From the NCBI GenBank assembly GCA_963780015.1, contig CAWAAO010000014.1:269336-333335 (forward strand): DNA of 64,000 bases, read 5' to 3'. The notes beneath the pieces are model-generated. The model saw nothing but the letters and a program-made list of their open reading frames with translations, searched no databases and was not told where the DNA came from. Shown here piece after piece: positions 1 to 9,254 of the stretch. The position numbers and the translations under genes are program-made. This DNA comes from an uncultured Actinomycetes bacterium (GTDB lineage: Bacteria > Actinomycetota > UBA4738 > HRBIN12). How positions within the stretch are numbered: position 1 is the stretch's first letter; the number at the start of each line of letters is the position of its first letter.

Positions 1-1
1 G

Positions 2-925
2 ATCGCCTTCGACCGGGCGCTCGTTGCGACGGGGGTGCGCAACCGCGTCCTCGACGTGCCCGGCGCGCACCTTCCGGGCATCTTCCAGTTGCGAACGGTC
101 GGCGACGCCGACGCGATCCATCGGGCGGCGGTGGATGCGCGGCAGGCCGTCGTGATCGGCATGGGCTTCGTGGGTGCGGAGGTGGCGTCGTCGCTGCGCC
201 AGTTGGGACTCGAGGTCACCGTCGTCGAGCTGTTCGAAACCGCGCTCTACCGGGTGTTGGGCTCCCGACTCGGCCGGATCCTCGAGGCCATCCACCGCGA
301 TCACGGGGTCGCGCTCCACTTCCAGGACTCGGTCGAGCGCTTCGAGGGCTCGGTCGCCGTGGAGCGGGTGATCACGCGCAAAGGCCAGATCCTCGAAGCC
401 GATCTCGTGGTGGTGGGGGTGGGGACACAGCCCAACGCCGAGGTCATGGGCACGGAGGGGATCGCCGCCAACGGTGGCATCCGCGCGACCGCCTCCCTCG
501 AGACGCCGATCCCGGGCATCTTCACCGCAGGCGACGTCGCGTCGCACCAGCACCCGGTGTTCGGCGAGGTACGGGTGGAGCATTTCGACAATGCGATCAA
601 GATGGGCGTTCACGTCGCACGCGGGATGCTCGGCGCCGCCCGGGATTTCGACGACCCGCACTGGTTCTGGTCGGACCAATGGGAGCACCAGATCCAGATG
701 GCAGGCGTCGAGACGACCGGCGAGATGGTCGTGCGCGGGTCGCTTGCTGCTCGCTCGTTCGCGGCGTTCTTCCTCGACGAGCGGAGCGTCCTGCGCGCCT
801 GCGTCAGCATCGACTGGAAGCGCGACTGCCGGCGGGCGCTGCGCCTGATCCGTCAACAGGCGCGGGTGGACCCCGCGGCGCTCGCGGATCCGGACGTCGA
901 TCTGCGGACGATCGCACCCGCGTGA
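2..925 (+). CDS. FAD/NAD(P)-dependent oxidoreductase, ferredoxin/rubredoxin-reductase type (5' end outside window)
   Basis: Frame is open from the window edge and continuous with track ORF 35..925. Has dinucleotide-binding motif VVIGMGFVGAEVA plus TAGDVA and RVEHFDNA motifs typical of this family. Confidence 0.75.
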   Translation: MAFDRALVATGVRNRVLDVPGAHLPGIFQLRTVGDADAIHRAAVDARQAVVIGMGFVGAEVASSLRQLGLEVTVVELFETALYRVLGSRLGRILEAIHRDHGVALHFQDSVERFEGSVAVERVITRKGQILEADLVVVGVGTQPNAEVMGTEGIAANGGIRATASLETPIPGIFTAGDVASHQHPVFGEVRVEHFDNAIKMGVHVARGMLGAARDFDDPHWFWSDQWEHQIQMAGVETTGEMVVRGSLAARSFAAFFLDERSVLRACVSIDWKRDCRRALRLIRQQARVDPAALADPDVDLRTIAPA

Positions 926-996
926 CACCCGTTCCCAAGAGGCTGCGGCGCCCCTGCTACGCTGAGCGCTCCGACCCTTCGAGGAGCTGATACATC

Positions 997-2154
997 GTGG
1001 ACAGGCCGGAGATCATCCTGGCCCCGGGGCCCACCCCGATCCCGCCCGAGGTGCTGCTGGCCCAAGGCAGCCCGCTCGTCTACCACCGCGGACCCGGCTT
1101 CGGGAAGCTGATGTCCGACGTCACGGAACGGCTCCGGACGCTGTACCGGACGTCGTCGGCCGAGATCTTCCTGCTGACCTCGAGTGGCACCGGGGGGCTC
1201 GAGTCTGTCGTGCAGAACCTCTTCTCACCCGGCGACGAGGTGCTCGTGCCGCTCGCGGGGTTCTTCTCCCAGCGGTGGCAGCGCCTGGCGGCCGCCTACG
1301 GCCTGACGGTGCATACGACCGAGCACGATTGGGGCACGCGGCTCGACCCCGCCGGTCTCGCGGCGGCGCTCGCCGAGCATCCCGGCACCAAGGCGGTGTT
1401 GCTGACCCAGTCCGAGACATCCACCGGCGTGATCCAGCCGATCGAACAGCTCGCCGCCGTCGCCCGAGAGGCGGGTGCGCTGGTCGCGGTCGACGTCGTC
1501 TCCAGCCTCGGGGCCGTGCCCTTCGACTTCGACGCGTGGGGGATCGACGTCGCGGTGGGTGGGTCGCAGAAAGCGCTGTCGGCGAGCCCCGGGATCGCGT
1601 TCGTCGCCGTGAGCGACCGGGGGCGCGAGGCCGCCGAGCGAGCCACCTTGCCGAAGTTCTACTTCGACTGGCGCGAGTACCGCGCGTTCGCCGCGCTGCC
1701 GTATCCGGAGAACCCGTGGACCCCCGCGATCAGCGTCATGCAGGGCCTGCACGCGGCGCTCGAGCTCTACTTCCAAGACGGGGTCGAGGTCGCTCTGGCG
1801 CGGCATCGCATGCTGAGCCGGGCGGTCAAGGACGGCGTCCGGGCGATCGGTCTGGACCTGTTCGGCGAGGGCCTGGACGACAACTGGACGGTGACGGCGA
1901 TCCGCGCGCCCGAGGGCATCAGCGCCGACGCGATCTGCGACCGGATCCGCGCCGACTTCGGCTGTGTGCTCGCGCCCGGGCAGGGCCCGCTGAAGGGCAC
2001 GGTCTTCCGGATCGGGCATTTCGGGTACGTGAGCGAGCTCGACATCATCCGCGGCCTCGCGGCGCTCGAGATGACGCTGGAGCGGCTCGGCTATCCGGTC
2101 AAGCTCGGCGCGGCGGTCGCCGCGGCGGAGCAGGTCTTCCAGGAGGCCGACTGA
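997..2154 (+). CDS. class-V PLP aminotransferase (AGXT / serine-glyoxylate / SerC-like)
   Basis: Intact 385-aa ORF with GAGGAG Shine-Dalgarno before the GTG start. GGSQKAL PLP-lysine motif. Ends 2 nt before the serA start. Confidence 0.8.
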   Translation: MDRPEIILAPGPTPIPPEVLLAQGSPLVYHRGPGFGKLMSDVTERLRTLYRTSSAEIFLLTSSGTGGLESVVQNLFSPGDEVLVPLAGFFSQRWQRLAAAYGLTVHTTEHDWGTRLDPAGLAAALAEHPGTKAVLLTQSETSTGVIQPIEQLAAVAREAGALVAVDVVSSLGAVPFDFDAWGIDVAVGGSQKALSASPGIAFVAVSDRGREAAERATLPKFYFDWREYRAFAALPYPENPWTPAISVMQGLHAALELYFQDGVEVALARHRMLSRAVKDGVRAIGLDLFGEGLDDNWTVTAIRAPEGISADAICDRIRADFGCVLAPGQGPLKGTVFRIGHFGYVSELDIIRGLAALEMTLERLGYPVKLGAAVAAAEQVFQEAD

Positions 2155-2156
2155 CC

Positions 2157-3735
2157 GTGCGCGTGTTGGTGACCGAGTCCCTGTCCGCGCAGGGGCTTGA
2201 TCTGTTGTCCAAGGACTTCCAGGTCGACGTGCGGACCGAGCTCGCGACGGGACCGCTCGCGACCGAGATCGGCCCCTACCACGCCCTCATCATCCGAAGC
2301 GCCACGCAGGTGACCGCCGAGGTGTTGGCCGCGGCCACCACGCTGCAGGTGGTGGCCCGCGCAGGGATCGGGCTCGACAACGTCGACGTCGAGGAGGCGA
2401 CGCGCCGCGGCGTGATGATCGTCAACGCCCCGCAGTCCAACATCATCTCCGCCGCCGAACAGACCCTGGCCTTGCTCTTGGCACAGGCGCGCAATATCCC
2501 CCAGGCGCACGCCGCGTTGATCGCCGGGCGGTGGGAGCGATCGGCCTGGGAGGGCGTCGAGCTCGCCGGCAAGACGATCGGGCTCGTGGGGCTCGGCCGC
2601 GTGGGCTCGCTCGTGGCCGCCCGCGCGGCGGGGTTCGGCATGCGCGTGATCGCGTTCGACCCGTACGTGAGCGCCGAGCGCGCCAAGGAGATGGGCGTCG
2701 AGATCATGCCGTCGCTGGAGGCGGTCCTGGTCCAATCCGATTTCGTGAGCGTCCATCTGCCCCGCACCCCGGAGACCGAGGGGCTCCTGGGGGAGAAGGA
2801 GCTCCGCATGGTCAAACCGGGCGCGCGGATCGTGAACACCGCACGGGGCGGCATCGTCGATGAGGCCGCGCTCGCCAAGGTGCTCGAGGACGGCCACCTC
2901 GCCGGGGCGGCGTTGGATGTCTTCGCGGTCGAGCCGACGACGGACTCACCGCTGTTCGGCCTGCCGAACGTGGTCGTGACGCCGCACCTGGGGGCGTCCA
3001 CGCGCGAGGCGCAGGACAAGGCGGGGGTGACCGTCGCCGAGATGGTCCGCCTCGCGCTGAAGGGCGAGTTCGTGCCCTACGCCGTGAACGTGTCCGCCGG
3101 CGCCGAGGTGGCGGAAACCGTTCGACCCTTCGTGCCGCTGGCCGAACACCTCGGGGCGCTGGCGGCCGGCTTGGCGGGCGGCGGCGTGCGGTCGGTCGTG
3201 GCGTCCTACCTCGGGCGCATCGCCGAGCACGACACGCGGGTGCTGACGCTCGCCACGCTCAAGGGCATCCTGGGCCGGTCGGTGAACGAGCCGGTGACCT
3301 TCGTGAACGCGCCGATGCTCGCGCGCGATCGCGGGCTCACCGTGAGCGAGATGCGCTCCACCGTCAGTCAGGACTACGTCTCGCTGGTCTCGATCCGCGC
3401 CGAGACCGACGAGGGGCCGATCGTCGTGCAGGGGACGATCGTCGCGAAGGACTCGATGCGGGTGGTCTCGATCGACGACTTCGACGTCGAGGTGGGGCCG
3501 GCCCGGCGGATGGTGTTCTTCCGCTACGCGGACCGCCCGGGCATCATCGGGAAGGTCGGCACGATCTTCGGCGAGGCGGGGATCAACATCGCGACGATGG
3601 ACGTCGGTCGCCGGGCCGAAGGCGGCGACGCGCTGATGGTGCTCACCGTCGATTCCGAGGTGTCCGGGCCAGACCCTGGACGCCGTCGCCGAGGCGATCG
3701 AGGCGAATCACACCCGCGCCGTCACGTTGGACTGA
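2157..3735 (+). CDS. serA: D-3-phosphoglycerate dehydrogenase, with an apparent +1 frame disruption near 3666
   Basis: Motifs GIGLDNVDV, GLVGLGRVG (NAD site) and ARGGIVDE, plus a C-terminal ACT-like domain. The reading frame breaks at a GGG run at 3666-3668. The C-terminus QTLDAVAEAIEANHTRAVTLD* continues in the next frame to TGA at 3733-3735. Confidence 0.85.
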
Positions 3736-3919
3736 CGCCGTTCCACGCGTTTTCTTGTTCCGTTCTCGACCCGGACCGAAGGCTCGTGGTAGCTTGGTCG
3801 GGTTATGGAGCGGATGATGATCACGACAGGAGATACGGGCGCCGTCTGAGCGCCCGCGCGTTCGCGCGCACCCTGCCCCGCCGATCCCGTCCCGCACCAG
3901 CCCCTTCAGGAGCCGCTCC

Positions 3920-5248
3920 ATGAACCTCTATCCCACAGCAGCGCGTTCGAAGATCCGCCGTCTGGCGGCCGGCCGACTGATCTCGGTGACCGGCGGCGCC
4001 GCGGCGTACACGGCGCTGAACTACACCGTCTGGAACACGACGCATTCGCCTGGGATGCAGGCGCTCTCGTTGCTGATGACCTTCGGGGTGGCGGGGTTCA
4101 TCGGTCCGTTCGGCGGGGCGCTCGGGGATCGGTTCGACCGGCGGAAGGTGATGATCATCGCGGAGGCCGTCTCCACGGTGTTCTTCGCCGCGATGGCCTT
4201 CGCGCACACCCCGATGATGTTGATCCTGCTGGCGTTCGGCTCCGCGCTCGCCGACGTGCCGTTCTTCACGGCGTCGCGCGCCGCCATCCCCAACCTCGTC
4301 GACTCTGCGGATGACATCAGCTGGGCGAACAGCCTGGTGACGATGGGCGTGCACGCGGGGATCGCCGTCGGGCCGTTGATCGGCGGGGTGTTGGTGGCCA
4401 CGATCGGCGCGTCGTGGGTCTTCGGGTTGAACGCGCTGTCGTTCCTGCTGTCCGTGGGACTGACCCTCACCGTGCGCGGCGCCTACCAGGAGGCGCGGCA
4501 CGAGGACCACGACGAGCACAAGGGCCTGGGCTCGGGCATCGCGCTGCTGTGGGGCGACCGGGTGATGCGCCGCATGACGATCGCCTGGTTCGTGTTCGTG
4601 CTCGGCATGGGGATAGGCATGGTGGCCGACGCGGCACTCGCCGAGCACTTCGGCACGGGTGCGGTCGGGTTCGCGGCGCTGATCGCATGCTGGGGCAGCG
4701 GGTCGGTGATCGGTTCGGGCCTGGGTCGGTATCTGAAGCCCGCGACCGAGCCCCTGTGGATCGTGGTGGGGTCGTTCGGCATCGCCGCGGCGGCCTTCGG
4801 CGTGGGGTTCGCGCCGGTGTTCGTGCTCGTGCTCCTCTCGTTGTTCGCGATGGGCACGGCGGACGGACTCACGATGGTCGCGGAGACCGGCATCATGCAA
4901 CGCCGCACGCCGGATGCACTCCGGAGCCGGACGATGGCTGCGTTCGAGGCAGTGGTTTCGTTGGGGCTCGCCGCCGCGTACCTGATGGCGGGGCCGGTGC
5001 TCAAGGCCCTGGGTCCGCAGGCGACCTATCGACTCGGCGGCCTTTCGGCCCTGGCCGCCGCCCTGCTCCTGCTGCCGCTGTTGGCGCTGCGTCGCGACGA
5101 TGACCCCGGCGGGGCGTCCGCGGTCGACGGGTCGGCGCCCGCACCCGAGGCGGAGCCCGTCGGCGAGGTCCTCACCGGCTCGCCGCGCTACACGTCGGCC
5201 GAGGCGCTCGAGACGGAGCCGGTGGCGGTCGAGCGACGCACGGCCTGA
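3920..5248 (+). CDS. MFS transporter
   Basis: Intact 442-aa ORF with about 12 hydrophobic helices. GALGDRFDRRKV loop motif between TM2 and TM3 is typical of MFS. Confidence 0.75.
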   Translation: MNLYPTAARSKIRRLAAGRLISVTGGAAAYTALNYTVWNTTHSPGMQALSLLMTFGVAGFIGPFGGALGDRFDRRKVMIIAEAVSTVFFAAMAFAHTPMMLILLAFGSALADVPFFTASRAAIPNLVDSADDISWANSLVTMGVHAGIAVGPLIGGVLVATIGASWVFGLNALSFLLSVGLTLTVRGAYQEARHEDHDEHKGLGSGIALLWGDRVMRRMTIAWFVFVLGMGIGMVADAALAEHFGTGAVGFAALIACWGSGSVIGSGLGRYLKPATEPLWIVVGSFGIAAAAFGVGFAPVFVLVLLSLFAMGTADGLTMVAETGIMQRRTPDALRSRTMAAFEAVVSLGLAAAYLMAGPVLKALGPQATYRLGGLSALAAALLLLPLLALRRDDDPGGASAVDGSAPAPEAEPVGEVLTGSPRYTSAEALETEPVAVERRTA

Positions 5249-5298
5249 GGTGGGGCGTCGCGCCCCACCTCGGCTACCGCCGGGGTGCGCGCCGGCCC

Positions 5299-5304
5299 TA
5301 TCCT
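5299..5304 (+). promoter_or_regulatory. -10-like hexamer placed for a leaderless transcript
   Basis: TATCCT, 6 nt before ATG 5311. No SD. Confidence 0.3.
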
Positions 5305-5310
5305 GCCGCC

Positions 5311-6933
5311 ATGAGCGATGGACGGTACGACGCGATCGTCGTGGGCGGCGGGCACAACGGTCTGGTCGCGGCCGCCTATCTCGCCAAGCGGGGCGCGCGC
5401 ACGCTCGTGCTGGAGGCCCGCCACAAGACGGGCGGGGCGGCCGACACGATGCGCCCGTGGCCGGACGCGCCCGAATTTCAGGTCACGACGCTGAGCTACG
5501 TCATGAGCTTGATGCCCGACACGATCCTGCGCGATCTCCAGCTGGAGCGCCACGGGTATCGCGCCATCCCCACCGGCCCCTATTTCGTCCCGTTCCCCGA
5601 CGGGCGCTACATCATCCAGCACGACGACCCGGCGCAGAACTACGCGGAGTTCGCCAAGTTCTCCAAGAAGGACGCCGACGCGCTCGAGCGGTGGGAGGCG
5701 TGGATCGGCGGTCTCGCCGACGTGCTCGGGCCGTTGCTCATGACCACGCCACCGCGGCTCGGATCGCACCGGATCGGCGACCTCGCCGAGCAACTGAAGA
5801 CCGCGTGGCGGTTCCGCGGGCTGGACGTCCAGGGCATCGCCGACGTGACGCGGCTGATGACGATGTCGATCGTGGACATCCTCGACCGGTTCTTCGAGAA
5901 CGAGCAGGTCAAGACCGTGATGGCGCTGGACGGGTTGATCGGCACCTGGGCGGGCCCGAACGAGCCCGGCACCGGCTACGTGATGGCCCATCACTCGATC
6001 GGCGATGTGGGCAACGGGCAGGTGGGCGCGTGGGCCACGGTCGTGGGTGGGATGGGCGCCGTCGCGGCCGCGTTGGAGGCCAGCGCGCGATCCTTCGGCG
6101 CCGAGATCCGTCTGGAGGCCCCGGTGGAGCGGATCCTCGTGGCGAACGAACGGGTGCGTGGGGTTGCCCTTGCCTCGGGCGAGGAGATCGCGGCGCCGAT
6201 CGTCGTGGCCGCCACCCACCCGCAGATCACCTTCCTCCGCCAGCTCGATGCGAGCGAGCTGCCGGATCGCTTCGTCGACGACATCCGCAACTGGAAGTCG
6301 CGCAGCGGCACGGTGAAGATCAACCTCGCGCTCGATCGGGCGCCGGTGTTCACCGCCAAACCCGACCAGACCGACCTCACCGGCGGCTTCGAGCTGGCGC
6401 ACTCGATCGCCTACCTCGAGCGGGCCTTCGAGGAGGCGCGGAACGGCCGGGCGGCGACCGCCCCCTTCAGCGACGGCAACATGCCGACCTACGCCGACCC
6501 CACGCTCGCACCGGAGGGCAAACACATCGTGTCGCTGTTCACGCAGTGGTGCCCGGCCGAGTGGGCCGACGACCCCGACGACGTCGAGCTCGAGGCCTAC
6601 GCGGACCGGGTGATCGCGGGCTACGACGAGCTGGCTCCCGGGTTCACCGACAGCGTGCTGCATCGCCAGGTGCTCGGCCCCCATGAGATGCAGGAAGGGT
6701 GGGGCCTGGTGGGGGGCAACATCTTCCATGGGGAGCTCTCCGCCGAACAGCTCTTCCATATGCGCCCGGCGCCCGGGTTCGCCGACTACCGGACGCCGAT
6801 CGCCGGGCTCTACCAGTGCTCGAGCGCGACCCACGCCGGCGGCGGCGTGACGGGCATCCCCGCCTACAACTGCGTCCGCGAGATCGTCGCGGACCGCCGC
6901 CGGTCGGCGCGCCGGATCCGGATCTCGCGTTAG
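5311..6933 (+). CDS. phytoene-desaturase-family (CrtI-like) FAD-dependent oxidoreductase
   Basis: Intact 540 aa. N-terminal YDAIVVGGGHNGLVAAAYLAKRG Rossmann motif and C-terminal GGGVTGIPAYN motif. Confidence 0.75.
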   Translation: MSDGRYDAIVVGGGHNGLVAAAYLAKRGARTLVLEARHKTGGAADTMRPWPDAPEFQVTTLSYVMSLMPDTILRDLQLERHGYRAIPTGPYFVPFPDGRYIIQHDDPAQNYAEFAKFSKKDADALERWEAWIGGLADVLGPLLMTTPPRLGSHRIGDLAEQLKTAWRFRGLDVQGIADVTRLMTMSIVDILDRFFENEQVKTVMALDGLIGTWAGPNEPGTGYVMAHHSIGDVGNGQVGAWATVVGGMGAVAAALEASARSFGAEIRLEAPVERILVANERVRGVALASGEEIAAPIVVAATHPQITFLRQLDASELPDRFVDDIRNWKSRSGTVKINLALDRAPVFTAKPDQTDLTGGFELAHSIAYLERAFEEARNGRAATAPFSDGNMPTYADPTLAPEGKHIVSLFTQWCPAEWADDPDDVELEAYADRVIAGYDELAPGFTDSVLHRQVLGPHEMQEGWGLVGGNIFHGELSAEQLFHMRPAPGFADYRTPIAGLYQCSSATHAGGGVTGIPAYNCVREIVADRRRSARRIRISR

Positions 6934-6936
6934 CCT
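6931..6936 (+). promoter_or_regulatory. -10-like hexamer placed for a leaderless transcript
   Basis: TAGCCT, 6 nt before GTG 6943. Its TAG is the stop codon of the upstream gene. Confidence 0.3.
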
Positions 6937-6942
6937 GGCCCC

Positions 6943-7482
6943 GTGGAACTCACGGGCCGGTTGCTCCTGTCGAACGCGACGTTGTTCGATCCGAACTTCC
7001 GACGCACGGTCGTGCTGATCGGCCACCACGATGACGAGGGCGCCGTCGGCGTCGTCCTGAACCGCCCGCTCGGTGTCCTCGTGGATGAGGCGGTGCCGCC
7101 GCTGTCCGATCTGGTCGGTTCCCACGACGAGTTGTTCGAGGGCGGCCCGGTGCAGCCCGACGCCGCGGTCGTGATCGCGGAGTTCTCCGATCCGGCTCGG
7201 GCAGGACTGATGGCGTTCGGGGCGATCGGCTTCCTCCCCGACGAGATGGACGAGGCGGACCGTGACGCCATCGTCCGTGCCCGCATCTTCGCCGGCTATT
7301 CGGGGTGGGGGCCGGGGCAACTGGAGGACGAGCTGGCCGAGGACGCCTGGCTCGTGACCGGGGCGACCGAGGCGGATGTCTTCACGCCGGAGCCCGACCG
7401 GCTCTGGGAGCGCGTGGTCCGCCGCCTCGGCCCCGGCTACGCCGTGCTGCAGACGATGCCGATGGACCCCTCGGCCAACTGA
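6943..7482 (+). CDS. YqgE/AlgH family (UPF0301) protein
   Basis: Intact 179 aa. FRRTVVLIGHHDDEGAVGVVLNRP and GYSGWGPGQLEDE motifs. Confidence 0.8.
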   Translation: MELTGRLLLSNATLFDPNFRRTVVLIGHHDDEGAVGVVLNRPLGVLVDEAVPPLSDLVGSHDELFEGGPVQPDAAVVIAEFSDPARAGLMAFGAIGFLPDEMDEADRDAIVRARIFAGYSGWGPGQLEDELAEDAWLVTGATEADVFTPEPDRLWERVVRRLGPGYAVLQTMPMDPSAN

Positions 7483-8262
7483 TGGCCGGGTCGCTCTCCT
7501 TCGATCCCGCGGCGGAGTACTACGACCGGACACGCGTGACCGACGCGGCCTCGCTCGCTCCCGCGATCGACCTGCTCGATGTCGTGCTGCCGGACGGTGC
7601 GGTCCTCGAGATCGGCGTGGGGACGGGCGCGCTCGCGTTGCCGATGGCCGCTCGCGGGCGACGGGTGGTCGGTGTCGATCTCTCCGCGGCGATGCTCGGC
7701 AAACTCCGCGACAAGGATCCCGATCGGACGATCCCCGTGGTGGCGTGCGACGCGACCCGCTTGCCGTTCGGCTCGGGGTCCTTCGGCGGGGCGTACTGCC
7801 GGTGGGTCCTGCATCTGATCGCCGACTGGCACGTCGCCGTGCACGAGCTGTGCCGCGTGGTCGACCGCGGCGGTGTGGTGGTCGTCGAGCCCGGCGGATA
7901 CTCCGGGGAGTGGCGCTCGGTGTGGCTTCGTTTCGTCCAGGAGCTCGGGCCTGTGGCCGAGCCGCTCGGGCTCGACGTCCGGGGCGGGTACGTGGACCTC
8001 GACGAGGTCTTCGCCGCCGCCGGTTGCCGCCTGCGCGAGATCGCGACCACGCCGGCGAGCGTCGACAGCTCCCTGGAGCGGTTCTTCGAAGAGACGCTCG
8101 CCCGGTCCTACTCCTGGACGTGGCGCGTGCCCGCCGGGCGACCTGCGTCGCGCCGTCGAGGTGGTCAGGTCGTGGGCGATCGAGCAGTACGGCCCGGACC
8201 TCAGCAGGCCGTTCGCAGCGGACGCGCCGCACCGCTGGCGGGTCTACGACCTCGGCGGCTGA
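7482..8262 (+). CDS. class I SAM-dependent methyltransferase, frame disruption near 8130
   Basis: ATG overlaps the upstream TGA (ATGA-type overlap). Motif I is LEIGVGTGALA. The C-terminal part (DLRRAVEVVRSWAIEQYG...) continues in the frame of track ORF 7873..8262. Confidence 0.7.
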
Positions 8263-8319
8263 CCGCTATCCTGTACGGACGCCCGGGGCCTTCCGGGCGA
8301 TGAGCGCAGGAGGGTCGTC

Positions 8320-9246
8320 GTGCCGATCACCGAGGTCGACAAGATCTGGATGAACGGCGAGCTCGTGGATTGGCCGGACGCCAAGGTCCACGTGCTCAGC
8401 CACGGACTGCACTACGGCTCCGGCGTCTTCGAAGGCATGCGTGCCTACGCGACCGCGCGCGGCCCCGCCGTCTGGCACCTCGACGCGCACCTCGACCGGA
8501 TGTATGCCTCGGGCGCGATCTATCACATGGAGATCCCGTACTCCAAGACGGAACTGATCGACGCGACGAAGCAGGTGATCCGGGCCAACGGGCTCGAGAG
8601 CTGCTACATCCGGCCGATCGCGTTCCGTGGGTACGGCGAGATGGGCGTGAACCCCCTCGCCGCGCCCGTCGATGTCGCGGTCGCCGTGTGGCCGTGGGGG
8701 GCCTACCTGGGGGAGGACGCGCTCGAGCAGGGCACACGCGTGAAGATCTCCAGCTGGAAACGGCACGATCAGAATTCCCTGCCGTCGGCCGCCAAGGCGA
8801 CCGGCGGCTACCTCGTGTCGATCCTGGCCAAGGTCGAGGCGGTCAAGGGCGGCTACGACGAGGCCATCTTGCTGAACCACGACGGCAAGATCGCGGAGGG
8901 CTCGGGGGAGAACCTCTTCCTGGTCGATCGAGGCACGCTGGTGACGCCGCCGACGTCGGTGGGAGCCCTGTCGGGCATCACCCGCGATGCCGTCATCACG
9001 CTCGCGCGCGATCTCGGCTACGACGTGGTCGAGCGCGAGCTGGTGCGCACCGATGTCTACCTGGCCGACGAGGTCTTCTTCACCGGGACCGCGGCCGAGA
9101 TCACGCCGATCCGCGAGGTGGACGACCGCGCGATCGGGGTCGGGCACCGTGGTCCGGTCACCAAGGAGTTGCAGGAAGCGTTCTTCGCCGCGACCAAGGG
9201 TGACGATCCGCGGTACGTCGACTGGCTGACCTTCGTCGAGGACTGA
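8320..9246 (+). CDS. ilvE: branched-chain amino acid aminotransferase
   Basis: Intact 308 aa with GGAGGG SD. Fold-type IV aminotransferase motifs (EGSGENLFLV, GITRD). Confidence 0.9.
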   Translation: MPITEVDKIWMNGELVDWPDAKVHVLSHGLHYGSGVFEGMRAYATARGPAVWHLDAHLDRMYASGAIYHMEIPYSKTELIDATKQVIRANGLESCYIRPIAFRGYGEMGVNPLAAPVDVAVAVWPWGAYLGEDALEQGTRVKISSWKRHDQNSLPSAAKATGGYLVSILAKVEAVKGGYDEAILLNHDGKIAEGSGENLFLVDRGTLVTPPTSVGALSGITRDAVITLARDLGYDVVERELVRTDVYLADEVFFTGTAAEITPIREVDDRAIGVGHRGPVTKELQEAFFAATKGDDPRYVDWLTFVED

Positions 9247-9254
9247 GTCGGTCG

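Noticed and set aside
3805-3849. 14-codon mini-ORF (MERMMITTGDTGAV) 9 nt after a TAGCTT hexamer, upstream of the MFS transporter; considered as a possible leader peptide.
   Set aside because: It is too short to evaluate, has low GC3 compared with real genes here, and has no recognisable attenuator structure.
1275-3923. Track ORFs that look like large fusion proteins: 1275-3923 (882 aa), 13113-15044 (643 aa) and 46411-47793 (460 aa).
   Set aside because: They are chimeras. Out-of-frame read-through of a neighbouring gene joins a real gene, or two real genes are joined across a frame disruption (FAH+gltX; FtsY N-terminus+response regulator). Motif colinearity supports the separate genes listed.
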